From contig CAVYRH010000026.1 in assembly GCA_963770835.1 (NCBI GenBank), positions 416,001 through 480,000 of the forward strand: 64,000 nucleotides of DNA. Reading direction: 5' to 3'. Origin of the DNA: an uncultured Pseudomonadota bacterium. Its GTDB lineage: Bacteria; Oederibacteriota; Muellerivitia; Muellerivitales; Muellerivitaceae. The translations under genes and the position numbers were made by a program. Shown one piece after another: positions 10,383 through 20,766 of the stretch. Every line of letters begins with the position of its first letter. The stretch's first letter is position 1. Below the pieces are notes generated by a model that searched no databases, was not told where the DNA came from, and saw only the letters and a list, made by a program, of their open reading frames with translations.

Positions 10383-11241
10383 TTTGAGGGCCAATAGGCC
10401 GGAAAAATGGAACAGGCACTCCATTACCGGGGCTCTTTTCGTGGTCGCGGCCATCGCGGGAATGGCTTGGGGAATCCTGCCAGGCTGCACCAGCAAAACC
10501 CCCTTTGACGCAGCGGGCTTTCCCGGACTGACCCCTACGCCCAACGTGACCCCCGTTTATCCGGCCCCGACCCTGGTCCCCAACCGGACCCTCGTCACCA
10601 ATTTCAACTCCGGTTCGGTCTCTATCAACCCGGAACTCATGGAATTAAGCAACCCCCCCGGTTATGTCCTAAAAACACCCGGTGCGGTGACAGCGGTCAA
10701 TAATTTTCCAAGCAACATCCTTCTCACGTTCGGCGGGGTTCAAGCCGGAGGGGTCAACGGCTCTCCCAATGCCTTCCGCGTTCAGGGAACGCTCATGGAC
10801 ACGGGAAACGCCACCTACCCCGCCATTGAATTGGAAGCCACGATGGAAAATGGAAACGAATACGACGGAAGTTTTTTCACGGGAGTTCAGTTTTACCTCA
10901 AAATCGCCGCCGATGACAATACCACCAAGAGGGACTTTTCCATCCCGGTTTACCAAACCCAGGGAACCCCGCAAGGGGGTTGCGTTGGAGGGAACGCCGG
11001 GGGATGTTATGATAATTTCACAACGGATCTTTCGGCTGGGACAGCCGGCCAATGGGAGTTCTTCAAGGTACCTTTTAGTTCCCTGGTCCAGGCCTACGCG
11101 GGAGTGGTTACCAATCCGCCCACTTTCACCGGTGCCAACCTCCAGCAGATGCTTTGGCTGCAATGGGAGGAAAGCCGGAACAACACGGCAGGCACTTCGA
11201 ATATCGATTATTGGGTGGATGACATTCAGTTTTACCAATAA
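10366..11241 (+). CDS. Lipoprotein with CBM11/CIA30-like domain
   Basis: Lipobox ILPGC; YDGSFFTGVQFYLK, CYDNF, W.FFKVPFSSL, DYWVDDIQFY; paralog of 2297..3073. Confidence 0.7.
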   Translation: MKSNFNLRANRPEKWNRHSITGALFVVAAIAGMAWGILPGCTSKTPFDAAGFPGLTPTPNVTPVYPAPTLVPNRTLVTNFNSGSVSINPELMELSNPPGYVLKTPGAVTAVNNFPSNILLTFGGVQAGGVNGSPNAFRVQGTLMDTGNATYPAIELEATMENGNEYDGSFFTGVQFYLKIAADDNTTKRDFSIPVYQTQGTPQGGCVGGNAGGCYDNFTTDLSAGTAGQWEFFKVPFSSLVQAYAGVVTNPPTFTGANLQQMLWLQWEESRNNTAGTSNIDYWVDDIQFYQ

Positions 11242-11301
11242 GTGGTAAAATTAAAAGGAAAGATTAAGGTCCATTTTTTGAGGATAGTAGGGGAGGCTGT
11301 C

Positions 11302-12171
11302 GTGAACACTAGGTTTAAATATGCCATTTGCGCGGCTTGTTTCTTGATACCCGCGGCCGTCGTCCTATTCCAGGGCTGTGCTAGCCAGGTTCCGCCCGTC
11401 TCGGCCATGGTTCTCCCTAAGGCCCCGCCCCTTCCCTCCAACTACATCAGTAATTTTGAGAACGATTCCATCTACGTCAATCCCGACCTTTTGGGTTATC
11501 CAACCGGGAGCATTCCGGTGACCCAGGTCGCACCGAACGGGAGCCCCTCAGGAAGCGCCGCCTTCAACCCCGGTTATTGGTCGGACGCCACTTATGGCGG
11601 TCCGGCTGCTGCTCCTAATGTCATCAATACCCCTTTTGTCCTCCCTAATGCCGTTTCGGATGGCACCGACTCCAGTATTTACGCCATTCATATCGGCTTG
11701 GCCGCAGGCCCCATTACCTGCATCGCGGTGGGGGGATATGAGGCGGACCAATTGACCTGCACTCTGGAAAACAACCCCTCCAATCCCTACTACGATGCCA
11801 CTCCTTTCCTGAATGGGGGAAACGGGGGAATCGCCTTTTATTACAACATCGGCGCGGATGACACCAGTACCTACCGCCAGTTCCAAGTTGAAACCATCAA
11901 CACGGGGGCACCCAACTACAACCATTTCCATTATCTCCTGCCTAATGGGCCCAGCGGTGGATGGCAGTCCGTCACGGTTACATGGAACCAACTTGTTTAT
12001 CCGGGGTTCGGACCCACTAGCGGCGCAATCACCACGACGGGTCCCACGGGAAACATGAATCATTTTGTCTTTTTGCAGTGGCAGTGGAGCGACAACGCCC
12101 AAGGTTCGGCTGGCGCCCCGGTCACCAATCTTTCCGACTTTTGGATCGACAACGTCCAATTCATACCCTGA
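11302..12171 (+). CDS. Lipoprotein with CBM11/CIA30-like domain
   Basis: GGGAGG at 11291 then in-frame GTG at 11302; lipobox LFQGC; ISNFEN, YYDATPF...GIAFYY, FLQWQWS, FWIDNVQF. Confidence 0.68.
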   Translation: MNTRFKYAICAACFLIPAAVVLFQGCASQVPPVSAMVLPKAPPLPSNYISNFENDSIYVNPDLLGYPTGSIPVTQVAPNGSPSGSAAFNPGYWSDATYGGPAAAPNVINTPFVLPNAVSDGTDSSIYAIHIGLAAGPITCIAVGGYEADQLTCTLENNPSNPYYDATPFLNGGNGGIAFYYNIGADDTSTYRQFQVETINTGAPNYNHFHYLLPNGPSGGWQSVTVTWNQLVYPGFGPTSGAITTTGPTGNMNHFVFLQWQWSDNAQGSAGAPVTNLSDFWIDNVQFIP

Positions 12172-12191
12172 GAACTTCAAATTTGCTTTAT

Positions 12192-12221
12192 AAGGCGGCT
12201 CCATTCGGGGCCGCCTTTTTT
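12192..12221 (+). terminator. Rho-independent terminator closing the OMP/lipoprotein locus
   Basis: AAGGCGGCTCC-ATTC-GGGGCCGCCTT followed by a T run. Confidence 0.85.
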
Positions 12222-12257
12222 GTTTAAACAGCCGCTTTTCAATCCCCCGGCCTTGCC

Positions 12258-12285
12258 TTGGACTTTTCTTCCATCCTGCTATACT
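12258..12285 (+). promoter_or_regulatory. Putative sigma-70 promoter of lepA (extended -10)
   Basis: TTGGAC-16 nt-TATACT, with TG at the extended -10 position. Confidence 0.5.
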
Positions 12286-12318
12286 AAGCGCCCTCAAAAC
12301 AGCCAAAGGAAAATCCTC

Positions 12319-14119
12319 TTGTCGTTAGACCACATCCGCAATTTCTGCATCATCGCCCACATCGACCACGGCAAGAGCACGCTGGCGGACCGCCTGTTGG
12401 AGTTCACGGGGGCCATCCCGCCCCGGGAAATGCGCGACCAGCTGATGGACCAGATGGACCTGGAGCGCGAGCGGGGCATCACCATCAAGGCCAAGGCCGT
12501 GCGGTTCTTTTACAAGGCCAAGAATGGCCAAAAATACGAGATGAACCTCATTGATACGCCGGGCCACGTGGACTTCACTTACGAGGTCTCCCGAAGCCTG
12601 AAGGCCTGCGAGGGGGCGCTTCTTTTGATCGACGCCTCCCAGGGGGTGGAGGCCCAGACCCTGGCCAACGCCTTCCTGGCCTTCGACCAAAAACTGACCA
12701 TCGTGCCCGTCATCAACAAGATCGACCTGCCCGCCGCCGACCCGGAACGCTGCAAGAAGCAAATGGAGGAATCCCTGGCGATTCCCGGCGAGGAAGCCAT
12801 CCTGGCCTCGGCCAAGGAGGGCATCGGCATCGAGGAGATCCTGGAGGCGGTGGTGGCAAGGGTGCCCGCCCCCAAAGGGCGAAGCCGCCGAACCCCTCAA
12901 GGCCCTTATCTTCGATTCCATGTACGACATCTACCGGGGCGTCATGTCTTCGTAAGGCTCCTGGACGGCGTTATCGCCAAGGGAACCAAAATGAAACTCA
13001 TGGCGACCGGCAAGATCTTCGAGGTGGAGGAAGTAGGGGTCTTCAAGCCCAAGATGGAAAAAACCGAGGGGCTTTCCGCGGGCGAGGTAGGTTACATCGC
13101 CGCCAACATCAAGGAAGTGCGCGACGCCAAGGTGGGGGATACGATCACGGATGAAATCCATCCCACGGCCTCGGCCCTGCCCGGGTTCAAGGACGTTTTG
13201 CCCATGGTGTTCTGCGGGCTTTATCCGGTGAATTCGGATGAATATGACGATTTAAAGGAAGCCCTGGCTAAGCTGAAGCTCTCCGACGCGGCTCTTTCCT
13301 ATGAACCGGAAACTTCCCTGGCCCTTTCCTTCGGGTTCCGTTGCGGGTTCCTGGGGCTTTTGCACATGGAAATCGTACAGGAGCGCCTGGAGCGGGAATA
13401 CAACCTCAACCTCATCGCCACCGCCCCCAGCGTCGTTTACAAAGTCAAAAAGACGAACGGCGAGATCTTCACCATCGATAACCCTTCCAAGCTGCCCGAC
13501 CCCTCGGAAGTGGAAGAGATCGAGGAGCCCTACATCGACGCCAAAATTATCGTGCCCGCCGACTATATCGGCGCGGTCATGACCCTCAGCCAGGAACGGC
13601 GCGGCTTGCACAAGGACACCCATTTCCTGGACACCAGCCGTGCGGTCGATCACCTACGAGCTTCCGCTGGCCGAGGTAGTCATGGATTTCTTCGACAAGC
13701 TCAAGAGTTGCACCAAGGGCTACGCGTCGTTGGATTACGAGCCCATCGGTTATAAGGTGGGGGAAGTGGTGAAAGTGGATATCCTCCTGAACAACGAGCC
13801 GGTGGACGCCCTTTCCTTTATGGTCCACCGGGACAAGGCGGAGATTCGGGGCCGGGGAATCGCTGAAAAGCTCAAAGAGATCATTCCCCAACAGCTCTTC
13901 GAGGTGCCCATCCAGGCCGCCATCGGGGGTAAGATTATCGCCCGGGAAACGGTACGGGCCCGCCGGAAGGATGTTTTGGCCAAATGCTACGGGGGCGATA
14001 TTTCCCGCAAACGCAAGCTTTTGGACAAGCAAAAAGAGGGAAAGAAGCGCATGAAGTCCATCGGGAGCGTCGAAATACCGCAGGAAGCTTTCATGGCGGT
14101 ATTGAAAGTCGAAGAATAA
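12319..14119 (+). CDS. lepA: Elongation factor 4 (LepA), interrupted by three apparent indels (~12878 +1, ~12945 -1, ~13647 +1)
   Basis: [62 protein letters not shown]; conserved [12 protein letters not shown] lies in a shifted frame at 12881-12945; C-terminal part is in ORF 13640..14119. Confidence 0.95.
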
Positions 14120-14124
14120 CAAAA

Positions 14125-14218
14125 CAGCTCACAGTTGGCGGTCGACAGTCGGCAGCAAAGGCTTAACATCTTAGTGGTTTGGGTTCCACGGCCGACAGCG
14201 GACTGTCGACCGTCGACT
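14125..14218. repeat. Inverted heptamer-array element (CAGTCGR type)
   Basis: cagctca-cagttgg-cggtcga-cagtcgg-cag, ~30-nt spacer, then cggccga-cagcgga-ctgtcga-ccgtcga. Confidence 0.85.
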
Positions 14219-14238
14219 CGATTTTGAAGGAGAAATAA

Positions 14239-15228
14239 ATGAACTTAATCGAAAACTTGAATTCGATCCTCTGGGCGCTTTTCGGCGTGCTCTCGGTGGT
14301 GGAAGCCGTCCTGTTGTGGGGCCTCCCGGCCTACCGGAAGAACCCCTCCAACGCGGGACTCGTGGAAACCATCGATTCCTTCTGGATCGCCATGGCGGTG
14401 GCACTGTCGCTGAAGGCCGTGTGGGTCCAGCCCTTCACCATCCCCTCAGGCTCCATGGAGGATACCCTGCAGGTGGGGGACTACATCCTGGTTAAAAAAT
14501 ACGAGTACGGCTATTCCTTCCTCAACAAAACGCCACGTTTCTTCGACCTCCACAAGCCCCAAAGGGGAGACATCGTCGTTTTTGTGTATCCAAACGACCA
14601 CTCCAAGGACTTTATCAAGCGTTGCCGCGGGGTCGCCGGCGACATCCTGATTTATAAGGATAAAGTGCTCTACGTGAACGGCGTTCGGCAGGACGAGCCC
14701 TTCGCGAAGCATATCGACCCCATGGTCCAGCCGCCAGGTTACGACGGGGAATTCATTTCCTCCCAAAACCTGGGCCCTGACAGCCCCTTGGCGGACATTT
14801 CCAAAACCAGCCGGGACAACTTTGGCCCGGTGACCATCCTGCCCGGCCATTACTTCATGATGGGGGACAACCGGGACAACAGCATGGACTCGCGTTATTG
14901 GGGCCAATTGGACGAGAAGCTCATCAAAGGGCAGGCCTGGTTTATTTATTGGCACAGCGTGGGTTTTGCCGACTTCCTGGCGCTGGCGGCGCTGGCGGTG
15001 GCGGCGGTTTCCCTTGTCCTTTTGCTTTTGGGTTTGGTGGGCAAGCGCTCCGCCAGTCCGGCGGAATCGGCGGATTCCAAGGCAAGGTCGGATTCCCTGA
15101 AAAACCACCTCGTGACCATCGTCGTTTGCTGCGTCCTGGCGGGAATTGTGGTGGGGGCCACCGGCCTCCAATCCTTTAAGGAGAATTGCCAGGTACTCAA
15201 GCAACGGATGTTCACGGTCATCCGCTGA
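14239..15228 (+). CDS. lepB: Signal peptidase I
   Basis: FTIPSGSMEDTL (Ser), DFIKR (Lys), GDNRDNSMDSRYWG; follows lepA; RBS AAGGAG. Confidence 0.93.
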   Translation: MNLIENLNSILWALFGVLSVVEAVLLWGLPAYRKNPSNAGLVETIDSFWIAMAVALSLKAVWVQPFTIPSGSMEDTLQVGDYILVKKYEYGYSFLNKTPRFFDLHKPQRGDIVVFVYPNDHSKDFIKRCRGVAGDILIYKDKVLYVNGVRQDEPFAKHIDPMVQPPGYDGEFISSQNLGPDSPLADISKTSRDNFGPVTILPGHYFMMGDNRDNSMDSRYWGQLDEKLIKGQAWFIYWHSVGFADFLALAALAVAAVSLVLLLLGLVGKRSASPAESADSKARSDSLKNHLVTIVVCCVLAGIVVGATGLQSFKENCQVLKQRMFTVIR

Positions 15229-15232
15229 AAGG

Positions 15233-15325
15233 CAGCTCACAGCTGACAGTCGACAGTCGGCAGCAACGTCTTAACACCTTGGAACCGTTGGGTTAACTGT
15301 CGACCGCGGACTGTCGACCGTCGAC
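15233..15325. repeat. Inverted heptamer-array element (CAGTCGR type)
   Basis: cagctca-cagctga-cagtcga-cagtcgg-cag ... ctgtcga-ccgcgga-ctgtcga-ccgtcga; spacer resembles the 14125 copy (cttaaca...ttgggtt). Confidence 0.85.
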
Positions 15326-15343
15326 ACGATTTTGGAGCCTTTA

Positions 15344-16453
15344 ATGAACGCTTACATCCACATACCTTTCTGCACTTCCATTTGCAGCTATTGCGATTTC
15401 ACTTCCTTCGCGGGGCAGGAATCCAAAATGGCCGCTTACGCGGACGCTCTTTGCCTTGAAATCGGGAATTCCTCCCTCCAAGGGCCTCTCCAAACCACTT
15501 ATTTCGGAGGAGGGACGCCTTCCCTTTTGCCCCCGGAAAAACTGGAACAAATCCTCAAGGCGCTACGGGAGAAGGTTGGTTTCGCCGGGAACGCCGAAAT
15601 TTCCATGGAGGCCAACCCCGAAACCGCCGATGGGGAAAGGCTCCGGGCTTACCGCGCCGCCGGGGTCAACCGCCTCAGTTTCGGAGCCCAAGCGGCCCAA
15701 AAGGAGATCTTAAGGAAACTGGGCCGCGGCCATGAATGGGACCGGGTGGAAAAGGCCTTCGGCGCGGCCCGCGCGGCGGGGTTCGACAACGTCAATTTGG
15801 ACCTCATGTTCGGCCTTCCCGGCCAGACACTGGATATGTTCCAGGAGTCCCTACAAAAAGCCCTGGAATTGAACCCGGAACATTTCTCCCTCTATGCTTT
15901 GCAGGTGGAAGAAGGAACTCCCCTGGCAAAACAGGTGACCGAGGGCCTGGCCCTTCCCTCCGAGGATTTAACGGCGGATGAATATGCCTGGGCACAGGAT
16001 TTTCTGGAACAGCGGGGTTTTGAACAATATGAGGTCTCCAACTTCGCCAAACCCGGCAAGGCCTGCCGGCACAACTGGAACATCTGGCGGGGAGAGGACT
16101 ACTGGGGCTTCGGGGTTTCCGCCGTGGGTACGGTGGAAGGCGTCCGGCACAGCCACGGCGAGGATTTAATGGAATATATCCGGCAAGTGAAGGCCCGGGA
16201 GAACGTGCTTTTGACGGAATATTTACCGGAGAAAACCCGCGCCTGGGAGAAACTCATGCTGGCCTTGCGGACCAAGGATGGGGTGGAGAAAACCGAAGCC
16301 GACCGTTATGCCGGTTTTACCGGCTGTCCCCGGGAGGCCAAATTCAACCGTTTATTAGAAGAAGGGTTTTTATCCTTGAAGGAAGGCCGTTACCGGGTCA
16401 CTTCCAAGGGATACTTTGTTTTAAACGGAATTTTAGAAGTTTTGGCGGCCTGA
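15344..16453 (+). CDS. hemW: Radical SAM heme chaperone HemW (HemN-like)
   Basis: YIHIPFCTSICSYCDF, YFGGGTPS, EANP, YEVSNFAKPG..CRHN; located between lepA and hrcA. Confidence 0.9.
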   Translation: MNAYIHIPFCTSICSYCDFTSFAGQESKMAAYADALCLEIGNSSLQGPLQTTYFGGGTPSLLPPEKLEQILKALREKVGFAGNAEISMEANPETADGERLRAYRAAGVNRLSFGAQAAQKEILRKLGRGHEWDRVEKAFGAARAAGFDNVNLDLMFGLPGQTLDMFQESLQKALELNPEHFSLYALQVEEGTPLAKQVTEGLALPSEDLTADEYAWAQDFLEQRGFEQYEVSNFAKPGKACRHNWNIWRGEDYWGFGVSAVGTVEGVRHSHGEDLMEYIRQVKARENVLLTEYLPEKTRAWEKLMLALRTKDGVEKTEADRYAGFTGCPREAKFNRLLEEGFLSLKEGRYRVTSKGYFVLNGILEVLAA

Positions 16454-16470
16454 AAAGCAAAGGCAGGTTG

Positions 16471-16568
16471 AACCACCAAGGGCACCAAGTCCACCAAGAA
16501 AGACAAAAAAGATTCGATTAAATTTTGAGATTTGGCTGTTCTTGGTGACCTTTGTGATCTTGGTGGTT
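16471..16568. repeat. Inverted nonamer-array element (CACCAAGNN)
   Basis: aac-caccaaggg-caccaagtc-caccaagaa ... ttcttggtg-acctttgtg-atcttggtg-gtt. Confidence 0.85.
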
Positions 16569-16578
16569 AAATGGGTTT

Positions 16579-16725
16579 TAGCAGGATGATGAAAAAGTCC
16601 AAACGGCGGACTTTTTCGTATCTGTGTCGCGAATCATCCCTTGAAAGAACAAGGGATTTAAGGCGATTCGCTCCTAACCCGTGGCTGTAGACAGGGTGGA
16701 AAAAGACTTTTTCAGCACCCTGTTA
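16579..16725. mobile_element. MITE-like non-autonomous element with IS5/IS1182-style terminal inverted repeats
   Basis: Left end TAGCAGGATGATGAAAAAGTC, right end GACTTTTTCAGCACCCTGTTA; ~113 bp recur inverted at 63787..63899. Confidence 0.7.
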
Positions 16726-16751
16726 GGGGTTTTAAGGCCGTTCCACTAGCG

Positions 16752-16779
16752 TTGACTTTCCTTTTTCCCTACTTATTAT
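16752..16779 (+). promoter_or_regulatory. Putative sigma-70 promoter of hrcA-grpE-dnaK
   Basis: TTGACT-16 nt-TATTAT. Confidence 0.45.
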
Positions 16780-16792
16780 GGGGAAGCCTGTA

Positions 16793-17851
16793 ATGATCCC
16801 CCCGGAGCGAAAAACAGTGTCTTTTGAACCCTTACATGAACGCGAAGAAAACGTCCTTTCCTCGGTGATCCACCATTACGTGGCCACGGCCAAGCCCGTG
16901 GGCTCACAGGTGATCTCCGGAAGGATGGAGCTCTCCTCGGCCACCATCCGCAACGTGCTCATGGACCTGGAAAAAAAGGGCCTCCTCACCCATCCCCACA
17001 CCTCGGCGGGGCGCATCCCACTGGACCAAGGCTACCGGTTTTACGTGGACCGCCTCATGCGGGCCCGGACCCTCAACCTCAAGGAAAAACACCAGGTCGA
17101 GCGGGAATACGTGAAGGCCAAGGACGAGATCGAGATCCTCATGCGCCACACGGCCAAAATCCTATCGGCCATGACCCGCCTGGCCGGGTTGGCGGTCTTC
17201 CACATGCCCCAGGAAATTTCCCTGGACCATTTCAAGATCATCGCCGTGGATTCCCACCGCATCCTGGTGGTCCTGGCCCTGGAAGAGGGGCTGGTGAAGG
17301 AAGAATGGATCCGGCTGGAAAGCCCGGTCGATTTGAAGGAAATCGCCAAGATCACCCAGCTTTTGAACTCCCGTTTCGCCGGGCTGACGCTGGCCCAAAT
17401 CCGCGAAAGCCTGTTAAAGGACGTGGAGTCGGTCAAAAAAGCCAGGTTGAACATCCTGGAAACGGCCCTCAAGCTGATCGAAAAAGCCCTTCAATTCAAC
17501 GGCGATGAACTCCATATCGAGGGCGTTTCCTGCCTGACCGAACAGCCGGAATTCCACAACTATCAGATGATGGAACAGGTGGTGCGCCTGGTGGAGCAAA
17601 AGCAGCCCCTGGCCCAGGTTCTCGGGCGGCAATGGACCAACCCGGGGCTGGCCGTGGATATCGGGCACGAGTTCACCCAGGCTTCCTTAAGGGCTTTTTC
17701 CTTCGTCCATGTTCCTTATTATTACCAGGGCAAGGTAGTGGGGGCGCTGGGCGTCCTGGGCCCCACCCGGATGGCTTATGACCGCGTCGCCGGCGTGGCG
17801 CAGCACATGGCCCAATGCCTGGAAAACACCCTTTCCCAAAAAGGAGAATGA
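16793..17851 (+). CDS. hrcA: Heat-inducible transcription repressor HrcA
   Basis: YVATAKPVGS, SSATIRNVLMDLE, PHTSAGRIP...GYRFYVD, LGVLGPTRMAY; start is ATG 16793 or GTG 16817. Confidence 0.95.
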   Translation: MIPPERKTVSFEPLHEREENVLSSVIHHYVATAKPVGSQVISGRMELSSATIRNVLMDLEKKGLLTHPHTSAGRIPLDQGYRFYVDRLMRARTLNLKEKHQVEREYVKAKDEIEILMRHTAKILSAMTRLAGLAVFHMPQEISLDHFKIIAVDSHRILVVLALEEGLVKEEWIRLESPVDLKEIAKITQLLNSRFAGLTLAQIRESLLKDVESVKKARLNILETALKLIEKALQFNGDELHIEGVSCLTEQPEFHNYQMMEQVVRLVEQKQPLAQVLGRQWTNPGLAVDIGHEFTQASLRAFSFVHVPYYYQGKVVGALGVLGPTRMAYDRVAGVAQHMAQCLENTLSQKGE

Positions 17852-17857
17852 TAAAGG

Positions 17858-17888
17858 CAGCTGACAGTCGGCAGTTCGCAGTTGGCAG
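17858..17888. repeat. Half heptamer element (CAGTCGR type, left arm only)
   Basis: cagctga-cagtcgg-cagttcg-cagttgg-cag immediately after the hrcA stop. Confidence 0.75.
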
Positions 17889-17938
17889 GTAAAATTTTTA
17901 AATCCACACCATTTCCACAACAAGATCCGGAGACAGCA

Positions 17939-18535
17939 GTGAACGACCCAAAACCCAACGAAGAACCCGAAATCGAAATCCTCTCCAGCCAACCTGACGC
18001 CTACGACGACGCGGGCAACGCGGCGGTCATCCCGTCCGAGCCCGTCATGCCGGCCCAGGCCCTGGAGGAACTCGAGGAATGGAAGAAAAAGCACGATGAG
18101 CTCAAGGACAGGCTCATGTGGATGGCCGCGGACTTCGACAACTACAAGAAACGGGCCTTGAAGGAAAAAGAGGAGTTCCTTAAATTTTCGCAGGCCTCCC
18201 TCTTGAAAGAGTTCCTGGTGGTGGTCGATAACCTGGAAAGGGCGGTCGGCTCCATCCCGGCGGACGACCAGGACAAGGGGTTTTTATCCCTGAAACAAGG
18301 GGTGGAATTGACCTTGAAGCAGTTCCAATCGGTGCTGGAAAAGCACGGGGTTTCAAAGGTCAAGACGGTGGGCGAGAAGTTCGACCCGCGGTTCCATGAA
18401 GTGATGTTCCAGGAGGAAACGGACAAGTTTCCCGACGAGACGGTGATGGAGGAACTGCAAAGCGGCTACCTGCTGCACGACCGGGTCTTGAGGCCCGCGC
18501 TGGTGAAAGTAGCCAAGAACCATAAAAGCAGTTAA
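17939..18535 (+). CDS. grpE: Nucleotide exchange factor GrpE
   Basis: ADFDNYKKR, VDNLERA, GEKFDPRFHE, GYLLHDRVLRPALVKV; GGAG then GTG at 17939. Confidence 0.95.
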   Translation: MNDPKPNEEPEIEILSSQPDAYDDAGNAAVIPSEPVMPAQALEELEEWKKKHDELKDRLMWMAADFDNYKKRALKEKEEFLKFSQASLLKEFLVVVDNLERAVGSIPADDQDKGFLSLKQGVELTLKQFQSVLEKHGVSKVKTVGEKFDPRFHEVMFQEETDKFPDETVMEELQSGYLLHDRVLRPALVKVAKNHKSS

Positions 18536-18621
18536 CAGCCGGCGGTCGACAGTCGACAGCCAGGCTGGAACGCGCACAATCTTAGGTTTTACTGTCGGCC
18601 GCCGACTGTGGACTGCCGACT
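18524..18621. repeat. Inverted heptamer-array element (CAGTCGR type) overlapping the grpE stop
   Basis: aaaag-cagttaa-cagccgg-cggtcga-cagtcga-cag ... ctgtcgg-ccgccga-ctgtgga-ctgccga. Confidence 0.8.
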
Positions 18622-18626
18622 AATGA

Positions 18627-20574
<1,948 letters not shown>

Positions 20575-20577
<3 letters not shown>

Positions 20578-20617
20578 TTCTGAATTCTGAATTCTAAATT
20601 ATGAATTTTGAATTATG
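20575..20617. repeat. Heptamer tandem array (TGAATTH type)
   Basis: taattc-tgaattc-tgaattc-taaatta-tgaattt-tgaatta-tg starting at the dnaK stop. Confidence 0.8.
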
Positions 20618-20618
20618 G

Positions 20619-20644
20619 AAGGCGGCCGAAAGGCCGCCTTTTTT
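20619..20644 (+). terminator. Rho-independent terminator after dnaK
   Basis: AAGGCGGCC-GAAA-GGCCGCCTT-TTTT. Confidence 0.9.
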
Positions 20645-20694
20645 GTTTGGCCTAAAAAAGCTCCTGGAAACAAATCATTTTAGGAAAAATTGAA

Positions 20695-20703
20695 TGTTAT
20701 AAT
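20695..20703 (+). promoter_or_regulatory. Extended -10 element upstream of dxr
   Basis: TGTTATAAT about 65 nt upstream of the start. Confidence 0.5.
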
Positions 20704-20766
20704 CCTTCCCTTATTTGAGAACCAAATCCTTTTTCAAGATCCCCGCCTTCGCGGTAAAAGGTTTCT

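Noticed and set aside
12871..13650. Programmed frameshifting or a true lepA pseudogene
   Set aside because: No slippery heptamer; similar single-base indels affect several unrelated essential genes, favouring assembly error
14125..18621. Heptamer elements as CRISPR repeats or tRNA-like RNAs
   Set aside because: Dispersed singly between genes, with no regular repeat-spacer period and no cloverleaf or T-loop motif
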